Shown: positions 43,363-53,543 of the stretch, in pieces
Position numbering within the stretch: position 1 is the first letter of the stretch
Layout of the letters: each line of letters starts with the position of its first letter
From: an uncultured cyanobacterium
Lineage (GTDB): Bacteria > Cyanobacteriota > Cyanobacteriia > PCC-6307 > Cyanobiaceae
Assembly (NCBI GenBank): GCA_963697335.1
Contig: CAVONQ010000007.1
Location: 32,001-96,000 of the forward strand
Direction of reading: 5' to 3'
DNA: 64,000 bases
The notes under the pieces: generated by a model
Told to the model about the DNA's origin: nothing
Database searches by the model: none
What the model saw: only the letters and a program-made list of their open reading frames with translations
Position numbers and translations under genes: made by a program

Positions 43363-44370
43363 CCGACCACCAGCTCGGCGCTGCCCTGAAGGCCCAGGTG
43401 CTCAACGACCGCCAGCGGGGTCTGGCCGCCGATGGCCGACGCCTCCAGGCGGTGGTGGGCGACCTCTGCGGGGGCGATCAGGCCGGGTTGCTGCCCGCCG
43501 TGCGCTACCTGGTGATGTCGGCGGCCTTCGCCAGTGCGGCCGGCCAGGCCGAGCCCCTCGCCGATCCCCGGCTCCGCCCCCGACTGATGCAGGAGTTGCA
43601 GCAGGTGTTCACACCCGCCATCTGCGGGCGCATGGAGGAGGTGCTTCGCGGGCTGCTCAGCCTGCCCTCCCAGGCCGGGGCCATCCCTGTCCCTCCCTAT
43701 CCCTGCACCTGGACCTGCACCTGCACCTGCGGCTACTGCCGTGCCCCTGCCGGCAGTTGCCGCAGCGGCGCCGCCCCCTCCTGAGGCCCCCCCCGGCCGC
43801 AGCGGTTCCAGCAACGGGGGCCTGCTGGCCGTTCTGTCCTTCCTCACGGGCGGCTTACTGATGGCCCTGATCGGCGCCGTGGTGCTGGTGCACCAGTCCC
43901 GCCTGCCGCCAGTCCAGGTCAGTGCCCCACCAACGGCCCTCCCAAGCCCGGAGCCGGAACCGGAACCGCCGCCCTCGGAACTGACTCCCCCCGCCGAACC
44001 GAGCCTGCCGGACGCAGCCCAGAGCGGAGCGGCGTGGGACCAGGCCATGGCGGATCAGGCCTTGGCCAGCCTCCAGGGCCTCTATGCCGCCCTGAGCAGC
44101 AAGAACTTCAGCGAAGCTCGCCAGTACTTCGGCGGAGCCGCCGCCGACCAGTTCGACCCTGCCTTCTTCGAGCAGTTCAAGCGGGTGAGCGTCGCTGACC
44201 TGCGTGAAACCAGCCGGGTGGGCTCCAACCTCAACTTCCAGGGCACCGTGACTTTCGTCTACCCCGACGGCAGCATTCAGATCGAGAACCGCAGTTTCAG
44301 CGTGGACACCAGCAGCAGCCCAGCCCTGATCACCGGCAGCGAGTTCGGTGGGGTGCTGAAATCCCGCTGA
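43359..44370 (+). pseudogene. Frameshifted membrane protein: helical N-terminal domain, Pro linker, TM helix, possible NTF2-like domain
   Basis: ATG 43359 overlaps the PP2C stop; the frame degenerates to CTWTCTCTC near 43700 while the +1 frame continues PAPGPAPAPA into ORF 43741-44370; may be a sequencing error. Confidence 0.7.
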
Positions 44371-44473
44371 GGCTGGAGTCCCCCTCGCCGGCCAGCCCCA
44401 GCACCAGGCACAGCCAACCAGGGAGCACCCTCACCAGAGCTGACAAGGCGGGATGCTCAGGCGGTCCCGATGC

Positions 44474-44974
<501 letters not shown>

Positions 44975-45012
44975 TCAAACAACTAACCTATCAGTCGAGC
45001 TGCATCAGCCCC

Positions 45013-45807
45013 CTGAGTCCCCGCGCTGTCCTGCTGTTCGACATCGACGGCGTGATCCGTGACGTGTCCGGCAGCTACCGCCGGGCCCTGGCCGAAACCG
45101 TGCGGCACTACGCCGGCTGGCGACCGGATGCAGCCACGATCGATGCCCTCAAGGGCGAGGGCCGCTGGAACAACGACTGGGATGCGTCCCTGGAGCTGTT
45201 GCGCCGCCATGGCCACACGCCCCTGCCCCAGCGGCAGGCCCTGGTGGAGGTGTTCAGCCGTCACTATTTCGGCGGCGACCCCAGTGGAGACCCGTCCCAG
45301 TGGCAAGGGTTCATCGGCCAGGAGCCGTTGCTGGTGGACGCCTCCCTGTTCGCCTGCCTCAACCGTGCCCAGGTGGCCTGGGGCTTCGTGAGCGGCGCCG
45401 AACCCGCCTCCGCCCGCTACGTGCTGGAGCAGCGGCTGGGCCTGGAGCACCCACCCCTGCTGGCAATGGGCGACGCTCCGGACAAACCCGATCCCACCGG
45501 CCTGCTGCACCTCGCCTCCCTGCTGGCGGCAACCCCCCTGGGCCTGGCCTCCAGCCCCCCCGTGCTCTACCTCGGCGACACGGTGGCGGACGTGCTCACC
45601 GTGGTGCAAGCCCGGCAGCAGCTGCCCGAGCAGCCCCTTCTCGCCCTGGGGGTGGCGCCTCCCCATCTGCGCAGTGATCCAGCCGCGCAGCGCCGCTACG
45701 AGGCGTCCCTGCTCCAGGCCGGTGCCGACGCCGTGATCCCCAGCACCCAGGCCCTGCTGGAGCACCTGGAGACCCTGCTGGCGTCGCTCAGCGCTCCATC
45801 GCGCTGA
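45013..45807 (+). CDS. HAD-superfamily hydrolase (TIGR01548-like)
   Basis: LLFDIDGVIRDVSGSYR, WNNDWD, KPDP, YLGDTVAD; motif I lies upstream of the track's GTG, so a CTG start at 45013 is inferred. Confidence 0.85.
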   Translation: MSPRAVLLFDIDGVIRDVSGSYRRALAETVRHYAGWRPDAATIDALKGEGRWNNDWDASLELLRRHGHTPLPQRQALVEVFSRHYFGGDPSGDPSQWQGFIGQEPLLVDASLFACLNRAQVAWGFVSGAEPASARYVLEQRLGLEHPPLLAMGDAPDKPDPTGLLHLASLLAATPLGLASSPPVLYLGDTVADVLTVVQARQQLPEQPLLALGVAPPHLRSDPAAQRRYEASLLQAGADAVIPSTQALLEHLETLLASLSAPSR

Positions 45808-47119
45808 GGCTCTTGAGGGCGGCAGCCGTGAGCACCTCATGGCCGCGGCCGGTCACGGCCACGTCGTCTTCGATGCGGATGCCGATCCCCTTCCAGCGCT
45901 CCTCGATGGCGGGCTGCCCCTCCGGCACGGCCAGCCGATCGCTCACGTACAGCCCCGGCTCCACCGTGAGCACCATGCCCGGCTCCAGCTGCACCGGGTG
46001 CTCGCCCAGTCGGTAGGCCCCCACGTCATGGACGTCCAGGCCGAGCCAGTGCCCAGTGCGGTGCATGTACAGGTGCCTGAAGGCGCCCTGCTCGATGACG
46101 CCGTCGACGCTGCCGCTGAGCAGGCCGAGCTCGATCAGGCCCTCCACCAGCACGCGCACGGCCGTCATGTGCACGGCCTCGGCGGTGTGACCCGGGGCCA
46201 CCGCCGCCACAGCCGCCTCCTGGGCCGCCAGCACCAGGGCATAGAGCTCGCGCTGTTCGGCACTGAAGCGACCGTTCACCGGGAAGGTGCGGGTGATGTC
46301 GCCGTTGTAGTAGTCGACCAGGCTGCAGCCGGCATCGATCAGCAGCAGGTCGCCGTCCCGCAGGGGGGCGCTGTTGGCGGTGTAATGCAGCACGCAGGCG
46401 TTGTCGCCGCCCGCCACGATCGAGCCGTAGGCCGGCCCCCGGGCCCCCCGCTCCAGGAAATGCTGCTCGATCACCGCCTGCACCTGGCGCTCGTTCAGGC
46501 CGGGGCGGGCCACCTGCCGGGCCAGTTCGTGGGCCTCCGCCGAGATGCGGGCGGCCTCCCGCAGACGCTCCAACTCATCGTCCCCCTTGCGCAGCCGCAG
46601 GGCGTGCAGCAGCGGGCAGGGAGCCACCAGCCCCAGGGCAGCGGCCCCCCGCCGCGGCGCCCGGTCCAGCTGCTGGCCCCACGCCTCCAGCACCAGCGGC
46701 TCCACCGCCGGATGGCGACCCACCCGGAAGGCAATGCCCTCGGCGCCCTCGAGGTAGTCGGCCAGCCGGGTCGGCAGCTCCGCAAGCGGATGGGAAACCG
46801 CCGCTCCGAACTGGTCCACGGCCCCCTGGGTGCCCCAGCGCACGCCGGTCCAGACCTCGGCGCTGGGCTGCTTGGGCTGCACGAACAGCACGAAGGGCGT
46901 GTCCTCGCGGTGGGGCAGGAACAGGGCCACCGCATCGGGTTCGTCGAAGCCGGTGAGGTACCAGAAATCGCTGTTCTGCCGAAAGGGGTACTCGCAGTCA
47001 GCGTGGTGGGTCACCAGGGGGGCAGCCGGGATCACCGCCGCGGCCCCGCCCAGCTGGTGCAGGAAGCGGGCGCGCCGCTCGGCATGAATCGACACATCCG
47101 GGAGAGCCGTTGCGGCCAT
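45788..47119 (-). CDS. pepP: Xaa-Pro aminopeptidase P
   Basis: FRQNSDFWYLTG, LIDAG, DITRTFP, GHWLGLDVHD, TVEPGLY, GIRIEDD. Confidence 0.95.
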   Translation of the reverse strand: MAATALPDVSIHAERRARFLHQLGGAAAVIPAAPLVTHHADCEYPFRQNSDFWYLTGFDEPDAVALFLPHREDTPFVLFVQPKQPSAEVWTGVRWGTQGAVDQFGAAVSHPLAELPTRLADYLEGAEGIAFRVGRHPAVEPLVLEAWGQQLDRAPRRGAAALGLVAPCPLLHALRLRKGDDELERLREAARISAEAHELARQVARPGLNERQVQAVIEQHFLERGARGPAYGSIVAGGDNACVLHYTANSAPLRDGDLLLIDAGCSLVDYYNGDITRTFPVNGRFSAEQRELYALVLAAQEAAVAAVAPGHTAEAVHMTAVRVLVEGLIELGLLSGSVDGVIEQGAFRHLYMHRTGHWLGLDVHDVGAYRLGEHPVQLEPGMVLTVEPGLYVSDRLAVPEGQPAIEERWKGIGIRIEDDVAVTGRGHEVLTAAALKSLSAMER

Positions 47120-47234
47120 GCTGACGAACCATGGGCAGGGGCCATGCTGACGGTCCGCGGGCGACAGCTGTGGCGCAGGCGGATTTAATGGAGCGATCCA
47201 CACCCTCGATGGCAACGGTCCTGCCCCCACCTGA

Positions 47235-48251
47235 ATGAACGACCTGGTGGCTCTGGCCCTGCTGGTGCTGGTGGTGCTTGCGGGCTCCGCCCTCTGCTCC
47301 GGGGTGGAGGCCGCCCTGCTCACGGTCAATCCCCTGCGGGTGCACGAGCTGCAGGCGCGCAGCCGGCCGGTGCGCGGCGCCCGACGCCTGGCCCAGCTGC
47401 GCCAGCGCCTCGGCCGCACCCTCTCGGTGCTGGTGATCGCCAACAACGGCTTCAACATCTTCGGCAGCCTGATGCTCGGCGGCTATGCCGCCCATGTGTT
47501 CTCCCAGTACGGCGTGGAGGGCGTGGCCCTGCCCCTGTTCTCGGTGGGCCTGACGCTGCTGGTGATGCTGCTGGGGGAGATCCTGCCCAAGGCCCTGGGC
47601 AGCCGTATGGCCCTGCCGGTGGCCCTGGCCAGCGCCCCCTCGCTCTACCTGCTGGGCCGCCTGATGCTCCCCCTGGTGCTGCTGCTCGAGCGGGTGCTGC
47701 CCGCCATCACGGCGGAGAGCGAGATCAGCACCGATGAAGAGGAGATCCGCCTTCTGGCCAGACTCGGATCCCAGAAGGGACAGATCGAGGCCGACGAGGC
47801 CGCGATGATCGCCAAGGTGTTTCAGCTCAACGACCTCACGGCCAGGGATCTGATGACCCCCCGGGTGGCGGCTCCCACCCTGAGCGGGACTGCCACCCTC
47901 ACGGAGGCGCGAGCAGAGCTGCTGGCCACCAACGCGGCCTGGTGGGTGGTGCTCGGCGAGGAGGTGGATGAGATTCTCGGCGTGGCAAGCCGGGAACAGC
48001 TGCTCACGGCCCTGTTGCAGGGCCATGGCGAGCAAACCCCCGCCGACCTCAGCGAGGCGGTGGAGTATGTGCCGGAGATGATTCGCGCCGACCGCCTGCT
48101 CACCGGCTTCCGCCGCAACAGTGGCGGTGTGCGCGTGGTGGTGGATGAGTTCGGTGGCTTCGTGGGGGTGATCGGCGCCGAGGCGGTGCTCGCTGTGCTG
48201 GCCGGCTGGTGGCGTCGCCCCCAGGGGATGGCTGAGGCTTCGGCGCCATGA
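47235..48251 (+). CDS. CNNM (DUF21)/CBS domain membrane protein
   Basis: CSGVEAAL, GEILPK, DLMTPR, VVVDEFGG. Confidence 0.9.
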   Translation: MNDLVALALLVLVVLAGSALCSGVEAALLTVNPLRVHELQARSRPVRGARRLAQLRQRLGRTLSVLVIANNGFNIFGSLMLGGYAAHVFSQYGVEGVALPLFSVGLTLLVMLLGEILPKALGSRMALPVALASAPSLYLLGRLMLPLVLLLERVLPAITAESEISTDEEEIRLLARLGSQKGQIEADEAAMIAKVFQLNDLTARDLMTPRVAAPTLSGTATLTEARAELLATNAAWWVVLGEEVDEILGVASREQLLTALLQGHGEQTPADLSEAVEYVPEMIRADRLLTGFRRNSGGVRVVVDEFGGFVGVIGAEAVLAVLAGWWRRPQGMAEASAP

Positions 48252-49609
48252 CCCCCACGCTGCCCGCCCAGCTGCAGCGGCCGCCGGCCTCGCCCGAGCG
48301 GGCGAGGCTGCTGCTGGACCAGTGGCGCCGATCGCTCAGCCTCAGTGGACGGGAAGCCAGTGGGCTGCAGGGCCAGCTGGCCGCCCTCGACCGTCAGTTG
48401 CAGCGGCTGCGCCGGCGGCAACCGCGGCTGGCCGTCTATGGCCGCGTCGGCGTTGGGAAGTCGAGCCTGTTGAACGCACTGCTGGGGCGCCAGGCCTTCG
48501 CCACCGACGTGGCCCACGGCTGCACCCGCCACCAGCAGGCGGCACTCTGGTCCCAGCCGCTGGCGGGCCTGACCGCCGCGGAACTGGTGGACACCCCTGG
48601 TCTCGATGAGATCGGAGCGCTGGCACGGGCGCGACTGGCCCGGCGAGTAGCCCTGGGCTGTGATCTGGTGCTGATGGTGCTGGACGCCGATCTCAGCGCC
48701 GTTGAACGCCAGGCCCTGGACGTGCTGCTGGCCGCAGGAAAACCCGTGCTGCTGGTGCTCAACCGCAGCGATTGCTGGCCGCTCGAGCAGCGCCAGAGCC
48801 TGCTGGAGAGCATCCGGCGGCGGCTGCCTCCGCAGGCGCGGCAACTGGAGCTGGTGGCCGTGGCCGCCGCGCCGCGGCGGGCGCAGCTGCTGGCCGATGG
48901 GAGGGTGCGCAGCGAACCCCTGGAGCCCTCCATCGCCCCCCTGGAGCGACTCCTGATCGCCCTGCTGGAGAGCCAGGGCGAGCTGCTGCTGGCCATCAAC
49001 GCTCTACGAGCCGCCGAGCGGTTCCACCAGGCCCTGCAGGCGGCACGGTTGGAGCACAGCCGCCGGGCGGCCCAGGGGCTGATCGGCAGGTTCGCAGCCC
49101 TGAAGGCGGCGGGGGTGGCGGCCAATCCTCTGGTGCTGCTCGATCTGGCCGGTGGCCTGGCCAGCGACACCGCCCTGGTGATGCAGCTCTGCCAGCTGTA
49201 CGGCCTGCCGATGGAAGGGGCCCGCGCCCGTCAGCTGCTGGCGCGGCTCAGTGGCCACAACGCCCTGCTGGGCGGTGCCCAGCTCGGCCTCCAGGCCCTG
49301 TTGGGAGGCCTGAAGCAGCTGTTGCTGGCGGCGGCGCCCCTCAGCGGCGGCCTGAGCCTCGCCCCCGCCGCGCCGGTGGCGGTGGCCCAGGCGGCCCTGG
49401 CCGTGCACACCACCCGCCGCACCGGCAGGCTGGCGGCCCTGGAGCTGGTCCGCGCCGCCAGGGGCGGGGGGCGACCCGGTGCCCTGCTGCGACGCCTGGC
49501 CGCCAGTGACCCGGAGGTGCGGCTGTGGCTGGGCAGCTGGCCGGAGCGGTCCCAGGCCGCCACGCCTGGGGAGTCCGGCCCGGCCCCCTGGCAGGGGCTG
49601 CTGCCATGA
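48248..49609 (+). CDS. Era-like GTPase with DUF697-like C-terminal domain
   Basis: GRVGVGKSSLLNAL, DTPG, NRSD, NPLVLLDL. Confidence 0.85.
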   Translation: MTPTLPAQLQRPPASPERARLLLDQWRRSLSLSGREASGLQGQLAALDRQLQRLRRRQPRLAVYGRVGVGKSSLLNALLGRQAFATDVAHGCTRHQQAALWSQPLAGLTAAELVDTPGLDEIGALARARLARRVALGCDLVLMVLDADLSAVERQALDVLLAAGKPVLLVLNRSDCWPLEQRQSLLESIRRRLPPQARQLELVAVAAAPRRAQLLADGRVRSEPLEPSIAPLERLLIALLESQGELLLAINALRAAERFHQALQAARLEHSRRAAQGLIGRFAALKAAGVAANPLVLLDLAGGLASDTALVMQLCQLYGLPMEGARARQLLARLSGHNALLGGAQLGLQALLGGLKQLLLAAAPLSGGLSLAPAAPVAVAQAALAVHTTRRTGRLAALELVRAARGGGRPGALLRRLAASDPEVRLWLGSWPERSQAATPGESGPAPWQGLLP

Positions 49610-50202
49610 GCCGGCCTGGCCAGGACGCTGGGGGCAGCGCCATCGCCCTGTTCGGCACCAGTGCCGACCCCCCCACCCGGGGCCACCAGGCCCTGCTGGA
49701 GGGGCTGCTGCAGCACTTCCCGCGGGTGGCCACCTGGGCCAGTGACAATCCCATGAAGCAGCACGGCGCCCCCCTGGCCCAGCGGGCCGCGCTGCTGGGG
49801 GCCCTGGTGCAAGGGCTGCATGAACCGCGGCTGGAGCAGCGCCAGGAGCTGAGCAGTCCCTGGACGATCACCACCCTGGAGCGCGCCGCCGCGACCTGGC
49901 CTGGGGCTCCACTGGTGTTTGTGGTGGGCAGCGATCTGGCCCCCCAGATCCCGCGCTGGAAGCAGGCCGGCGAGCTGCTGCAGCGCTGCCGGCTGGCGAT
50001 CGTGCCGCGGGTGGGCTGGCCCGTGGCCGAGGCCGATCTGCGCCCCCTGCACAGCCTCGGCGCCCAGATCGAGGTGCTGCCCATGGCGATTCCGGCCAGC
50101 GCCAGTTCGGCCCTGCGCCGCCAGCCCGATCGCGGCCAGGTGCCCGACAGCGTCTGGCCGGTGCTGCTGCAGCAGAATCTGTATGGCCTTCCCCAGCCTT
50201 GA
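49606..50202 (+). CDS. nadD: Nicotinate-nucleotide adenylyltransferase
   Basis: ALFGTSADPPTRGH, VVGSDL, SSSALR; adjacent to nadE. Confidence 0.9.
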   Translation: MSRPGQDAGGSAIALFGTSADPPTRGHQALLEGLLQHFPRVATWASDNPMKQHGAPLAQRAALLGALVQGLHEPRLEQRQELSSPWTITTLERAAATWPGAPLVFVVGSDLAPQIPRWKQAGELLQRCRLAIVPRVGWPVAEADLRPLHSLGAQIEVLPMAIPASASSALRRQPDRGQVPDSVWPVLLQQNLYGLPQP

Positions 50203-51893
50203 TGCAGCTCGCCCTCGCCCAGCTCAATCCCCTCGTGGGAGATCTGCTGGGCAATGGCGAGCGCATCCTGCGGGCCTGCCGCGAGGCCGCCAGCGGCGGG
50301 GCCGAGCTGGTGCTCACCCCCGAGCTCTCGCTCTGGGGCTATCCGCCACGGGACCTGCTTCTGCAACCATCGCGCCTGGCCGCCCAGGCCAGCGTGCTGG
50401 AGCAGCTGGCCACTGACCTGGCCGCCCACTGCCCCGGGCTGGCCGTGCTGGTGGGCATCGCCGAGCCGAGCGGCAGCTCCACCCTGCCCAGCCTGTTCAA
50501 TGCCCTGGCCCTGGTGCAGGCGGGGGGCTGGCGGGTGGTGGCGCGCAAACAGCTGCTGCCCACCTACGACGTGTTCGATGAACAGCGCTACTTCCGTCCG
50601 GGCTCGGAGCCGGCTGTGCTGCAGCTGAACGGCCGGGATGGCCCCCTGCGGCTTGGGCTCACCATCTGCGAGGACCTCTGGGTGGAGCAGGAGCTTCAGG
50701 GTCACCGCCTGGCGGGCCCCGATCCGGTGGCGGCCCTGGAGCACCAGGGACTGGACCTGCTGGTCAACCTCTCGGCTTCGCCCTTCACCCCGGGCAAAGC
50801 CGCCCTGCGCCATGCCCTCGGGGCCCGGGCGGCCCGGCGGCTGGGCTGTCCGGTGGTGTACGTGAACCAGGTGGGGGGGAACGACGAGCTGGTCTTCGAT
50901 GGGGCCAGCTTTGTGGTGGACCGCGCCGGGGCCGTGGTGTGTCAGCTGCCGAGCTGCCAGGAGGCCCTGGAGCCCTGGGACCCCCTGCTCAGCCACGGCT
51001 CCAGCGGGGCTCTGCCCGAGCCGATCGAGCAGCTGTTTCGCGCCCTGGTGCTGGGGGTGCACGACTATGCGGGCAAGTGCGGTTTTGGGCGGGTGCTGCT
51101 CGGGCTCAGCGGCGGCATCGATTCCGCCCTGGTGGCGGTCGTGGCGGTGGCGGCCCTGGGAGCCCCCCAGGTGCGGGCCCTGCTGATGCCCTCCCCCTGG
51201 AGCTCCGAGGGTTCGGTGGCCGATGCCCTGGCCCTGGCCAGCCGGCTGGGCCTGGGCACCGACACGGTGCCGATCGCCGAGCTGATGGACGGCTTCGATG
51301 CAGCTCTGGCCCCAGCCCTGGGGCAGGTGCCGGCCGGGCTGACGGCCGAGAACCTGCAGTCGCGCATCCGCGGCACCCTGCTGATGGCGGTGGCCAACCA
51401 GGACGGCCAGCTGCTGCTCTCCACGGGCAACAAATCCGAACTCGCCGTGGGCTACTGCACCCTCTACGGCGACATGAACGGGGGTCTGGCGGTGATCGGC
51501 GATCTCTACAAGAGCACGGTCTTTGCCCTGTGTGCCTGGCTCGACAGCCCGGAATCCTCCGCCTGCCGCGGGGCCCTGGGCTTGCCGGCTGAGGGGGAGC
51601 TGATCGGCGCAGCCATCCGCCAGAAGCCCCCCAGCGCTGAACTGCGCCCCGACCAGCGCGACAGCGACTCCCTCCCCGACTACGGCCAACTCGACCCCCT
51701 GCTCCAGGCCCTGGTGGAGGAGCACCGCAGCCCCGAGGAGCTGGTGGCCCAGGGCAGCGACCCCGCCCTGGCCGCCCGGGTACATGGCCTGCTGCAGCGG
51801 GCGGAGTTCAAGCGCCGCCAGGCGGCACCGGTGCTCAAAGTGAGCGGTCACGCCTTCGGCAGCGGCTGGCGGATGCCGATCGCCGCTGGTTGA
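50202..51893 (+). CDS. nadE: Glutamine-dependent NAD+ synthetase
   Basis: Nitrilase triad (PEL, KQLLP, ICED), SGGIDS, ENLQSRIRG, TGNKSE, PSAELRPDQ. Confidence 0.96.
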   Translation: MQLALAQLNPLVGDLLGNGERILRACREAASGGAELVLTPELSLWGYPPRDLLLQPSRLAAQASVLEQLATDLAAHCPGLAVLVGIAEPSGSSTLPSLFNALALVQAGGWRVVARKQLLPTYDVFDEQRYFRPGSEPAVLQLNGRDGPLRLGLTICEDLWVEQELQGHRLAGPDPVAALEHQGLDLLVNLSASPFTPGKAALRHALGARAARRLGCPVVYVNQVGGNDELVFDGASFVVDRAGAVVCQLPSCQEALEPWDPLLSHGSSGALPEPIEQLFRALVLGVHDYAGKCGFGRVLLGLSGGIDSALVAVVAVAALGAPQVRALLMPSPWSSEGSVADALALASRLGLGTDTVPIAELMDGFDAALAPALGQVPAGLTAENLQSRIRGTLLMAVANQDGQLLLSTGNKSELAVGYCTLYGDMNGGLAVIGDLYKSTVFALCAWLDSPESSACRGALGLPAEGELIGAAIRQKPPSAELRPDQRDSDSLPDYGQLDPLLQALVEEHRSPEELVAQGSDPALAARVHGLLQRAEFKRRQAAPVLKVSGHAFGSGWRMPIAAG

Positions 51894-51963
51894 GCCAGTC
51901 TGGGGACACGCCTACCGCGTCTGCATGGCTGCCCAGGCTTCGTCCCTTCCCCTCACTGCGCCG

Positions 51964-53076
51964 ATGGCGAGCATCGGTGTACCCACAGAAATCAAGCGCG
52001 ACGAGCGGCGCGTGGCCCTCACCCCCGATGGGGTGCGGGAGCTGGTGGGCCAGGGCATGGAGGTGCGGGTGCAGCAGGGCGCCGGCCTTGGCGCCGGCCT
52101 GGAGGATGCCGACTTCAGCGCCGCCGGTGCCCGACTGGTGAGCTGTGAGGAGGCCTGGGCCGCCCACCTGGTGGTGAAGGTGAAGGAACCCCAGCCCGAG
52201 GAGTTCGTTTACCTGCGCAGCGACCTGGTGCTGTTCACCTACCTGCACCTCGCCGCCTACCCGGCCGTGGGCCGGGCCCTGCTGGAGGCGGGCACCACCT
52301 CCGTGGCCTACGAGACGGTGCAGCTGGAAGACACCAGCCTGCCCCTGTTGGCGCCGATGAGCGAGATCGCCGGCCGGCTGGCGGCCCAGGTGGGCGCCCA
52401 CCTGCTGGAGAAGCCCCACGGCGGTCGCGGCATCCTGATGGGTGGCTGCACCGGCGTGCGGCCGGCCCGGGTGGTGGTGCTGGGGGCCGGCACCGTGGGC
52501 TGGAACGCCGCCCGCATCGCCGCCGCCATGGACGCCGAGGTGTTCCTGCTTGACCGTTCTCCCCAGCGCCTGCGCCAGCTGGAGGCCGACCGCCGCGGCC
52601 GGCTGGTGAATCTGGTCAGCAGCCGCAGCCTGGTGGAGCGCCTGGTACCGGGTGCCGACCTGGTGATCGGGGCCGTGCTCACGCCGGGGGGCCGGGCCCC
52701 CACCCTGGTGGACGAGGAGCTGGTGCAGCGGATGAAGCCGGGCTCGGTGATCGTGGATGTGGCCATCGACCAGGGGGGCTGCATCGCCACCAGTCGGGAG
52801 ACCACCCACACCGAACCCGTCCATACCGTGCACGGCGTGCAGCACTACGCCGTGGGCAACATGCCCGGGGCGGTGCCCTTCACCTCCACCGAGGCCCTGA
52901 TGAGTGTCACCCTCCCCTACATCCTGGTGATGGCGGGCCGCGGGCTGGCGGAGGCCGTCACCGACCGCCCGGAGCTGCTCTCCGGGCTGAACACGGTGGA
53001 TGGGGCGGTCTGCCATCCGGGCGTCGCGAAGGCCCTCGGCGTGTCGCCACGGCACCCGATGGCCTGCCTGCGCTGA
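51964..53076 (+). CDS. ald: Alanine dehydrogenase
   Basis: [44 protein letters not shown]. Confidence 0.96.
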   Translation: MASIGVPTEIKRDERRVALTPDGVRELVGQGMEVRVQQGAGLGAGLEDADFSAAGARLVSCEEAWAAHLVVKVKEPQPEEFVYLRSDLVLFTYLHLAAYPAVGRALLEAGTTSVAYETVQLEDTSLPLLAPMSEIAGRLAAQVGAHLLEKPHGGRGILMGGCTGVRPARVVVLGAGTVGWNAARIAAAMDAEVFLLDRSPQRLRQLEADRRGRLVNLVSSRSLVERLVPGADLVIGAVLTPGGRAPTLVDEELVQRMKPGSVIVDVAIDQGGCIATSRETTHTEPVHTVHGVQHYAVGNMPGAVPFTSTEALMSVTLPYILVMAGRGLAEAVTDRPELLSGLNTVDGAVCHPGVAKALGVSPRHPMACLR

Positions 53077-53093
53077 GCGCCGAGCCCACAGGC

Positions 53094-53531
53094 ATGCTGA
53101 ATCCGAGCCGGATCCGGATCCTCGCGGTGGGCAAGCTGCGCCGGAGTTGGTTGCGCGAGGGGCTGGCGCTCTACGCCAAGCGGCTGCCCGGGCTCACGAT
53201 CGTGGAACTGAAGGACAGTGATCCCCTGCGCGAGGCCGAGGCGATCCGCGCCCAGCTGCGCCGTGATGAGCAGCTGATCGCCCTCACCGAAGAAGGCCAG
53301 GCCATGCCCTCGCGCCAACTGGCCGATCAGCTGCTGCAGCGGGGCTCCCTCCGGCTGGCCTTCGCGATCGGCGGTGCCGATGGTCTCCATGCCCAGCTCA
53401 AGGCCGAGGCCAGCTGGCAGCTCAGCCTCTCGGCCCTCACCTTCCCCCACGAGCTGGCCCGGCTGCTGCTGGTGGAGCAGCTCTACAGGGCCCAGACCAT
53501 CCTCCAGGGCGGGCCTTACCACCGGGAGTAG
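53094..53531 (+). CDS. rlmH: 23S rRNA m3-pseudouridine-1915 methyltransferase
   Basis: [33 protein letters not shown]. Confidence 0.94.
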   Translation: MLNPSRIRILAVGKLRRSWLREGLALYAKRLPGLTIVELKDSDPLREAEAIRAQLRRDEQLIALTEEGQAMPSRQLADQLLQRGSLRLAFAIGGADGLHAQLKAEASWQLSLSALTFPHELARLLLVEQLYRAQTILQGGPYHRE

Positions 53532-53543
53532 GGCCCCGGTGGC

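Noticed and set aside
43700..43784. Cys-rich CTWTCTCTCGYC as a metal-binding or RiPP-like peptide
   Set aside because: Out-of-frame reading of the GCACCT (Ala-Pro) repeat after the frameshift
35245..44473. Accessory locus as a mobile element
   Set aside because: No transposase, integrase or terminal repeats seen, and composition looks host-like
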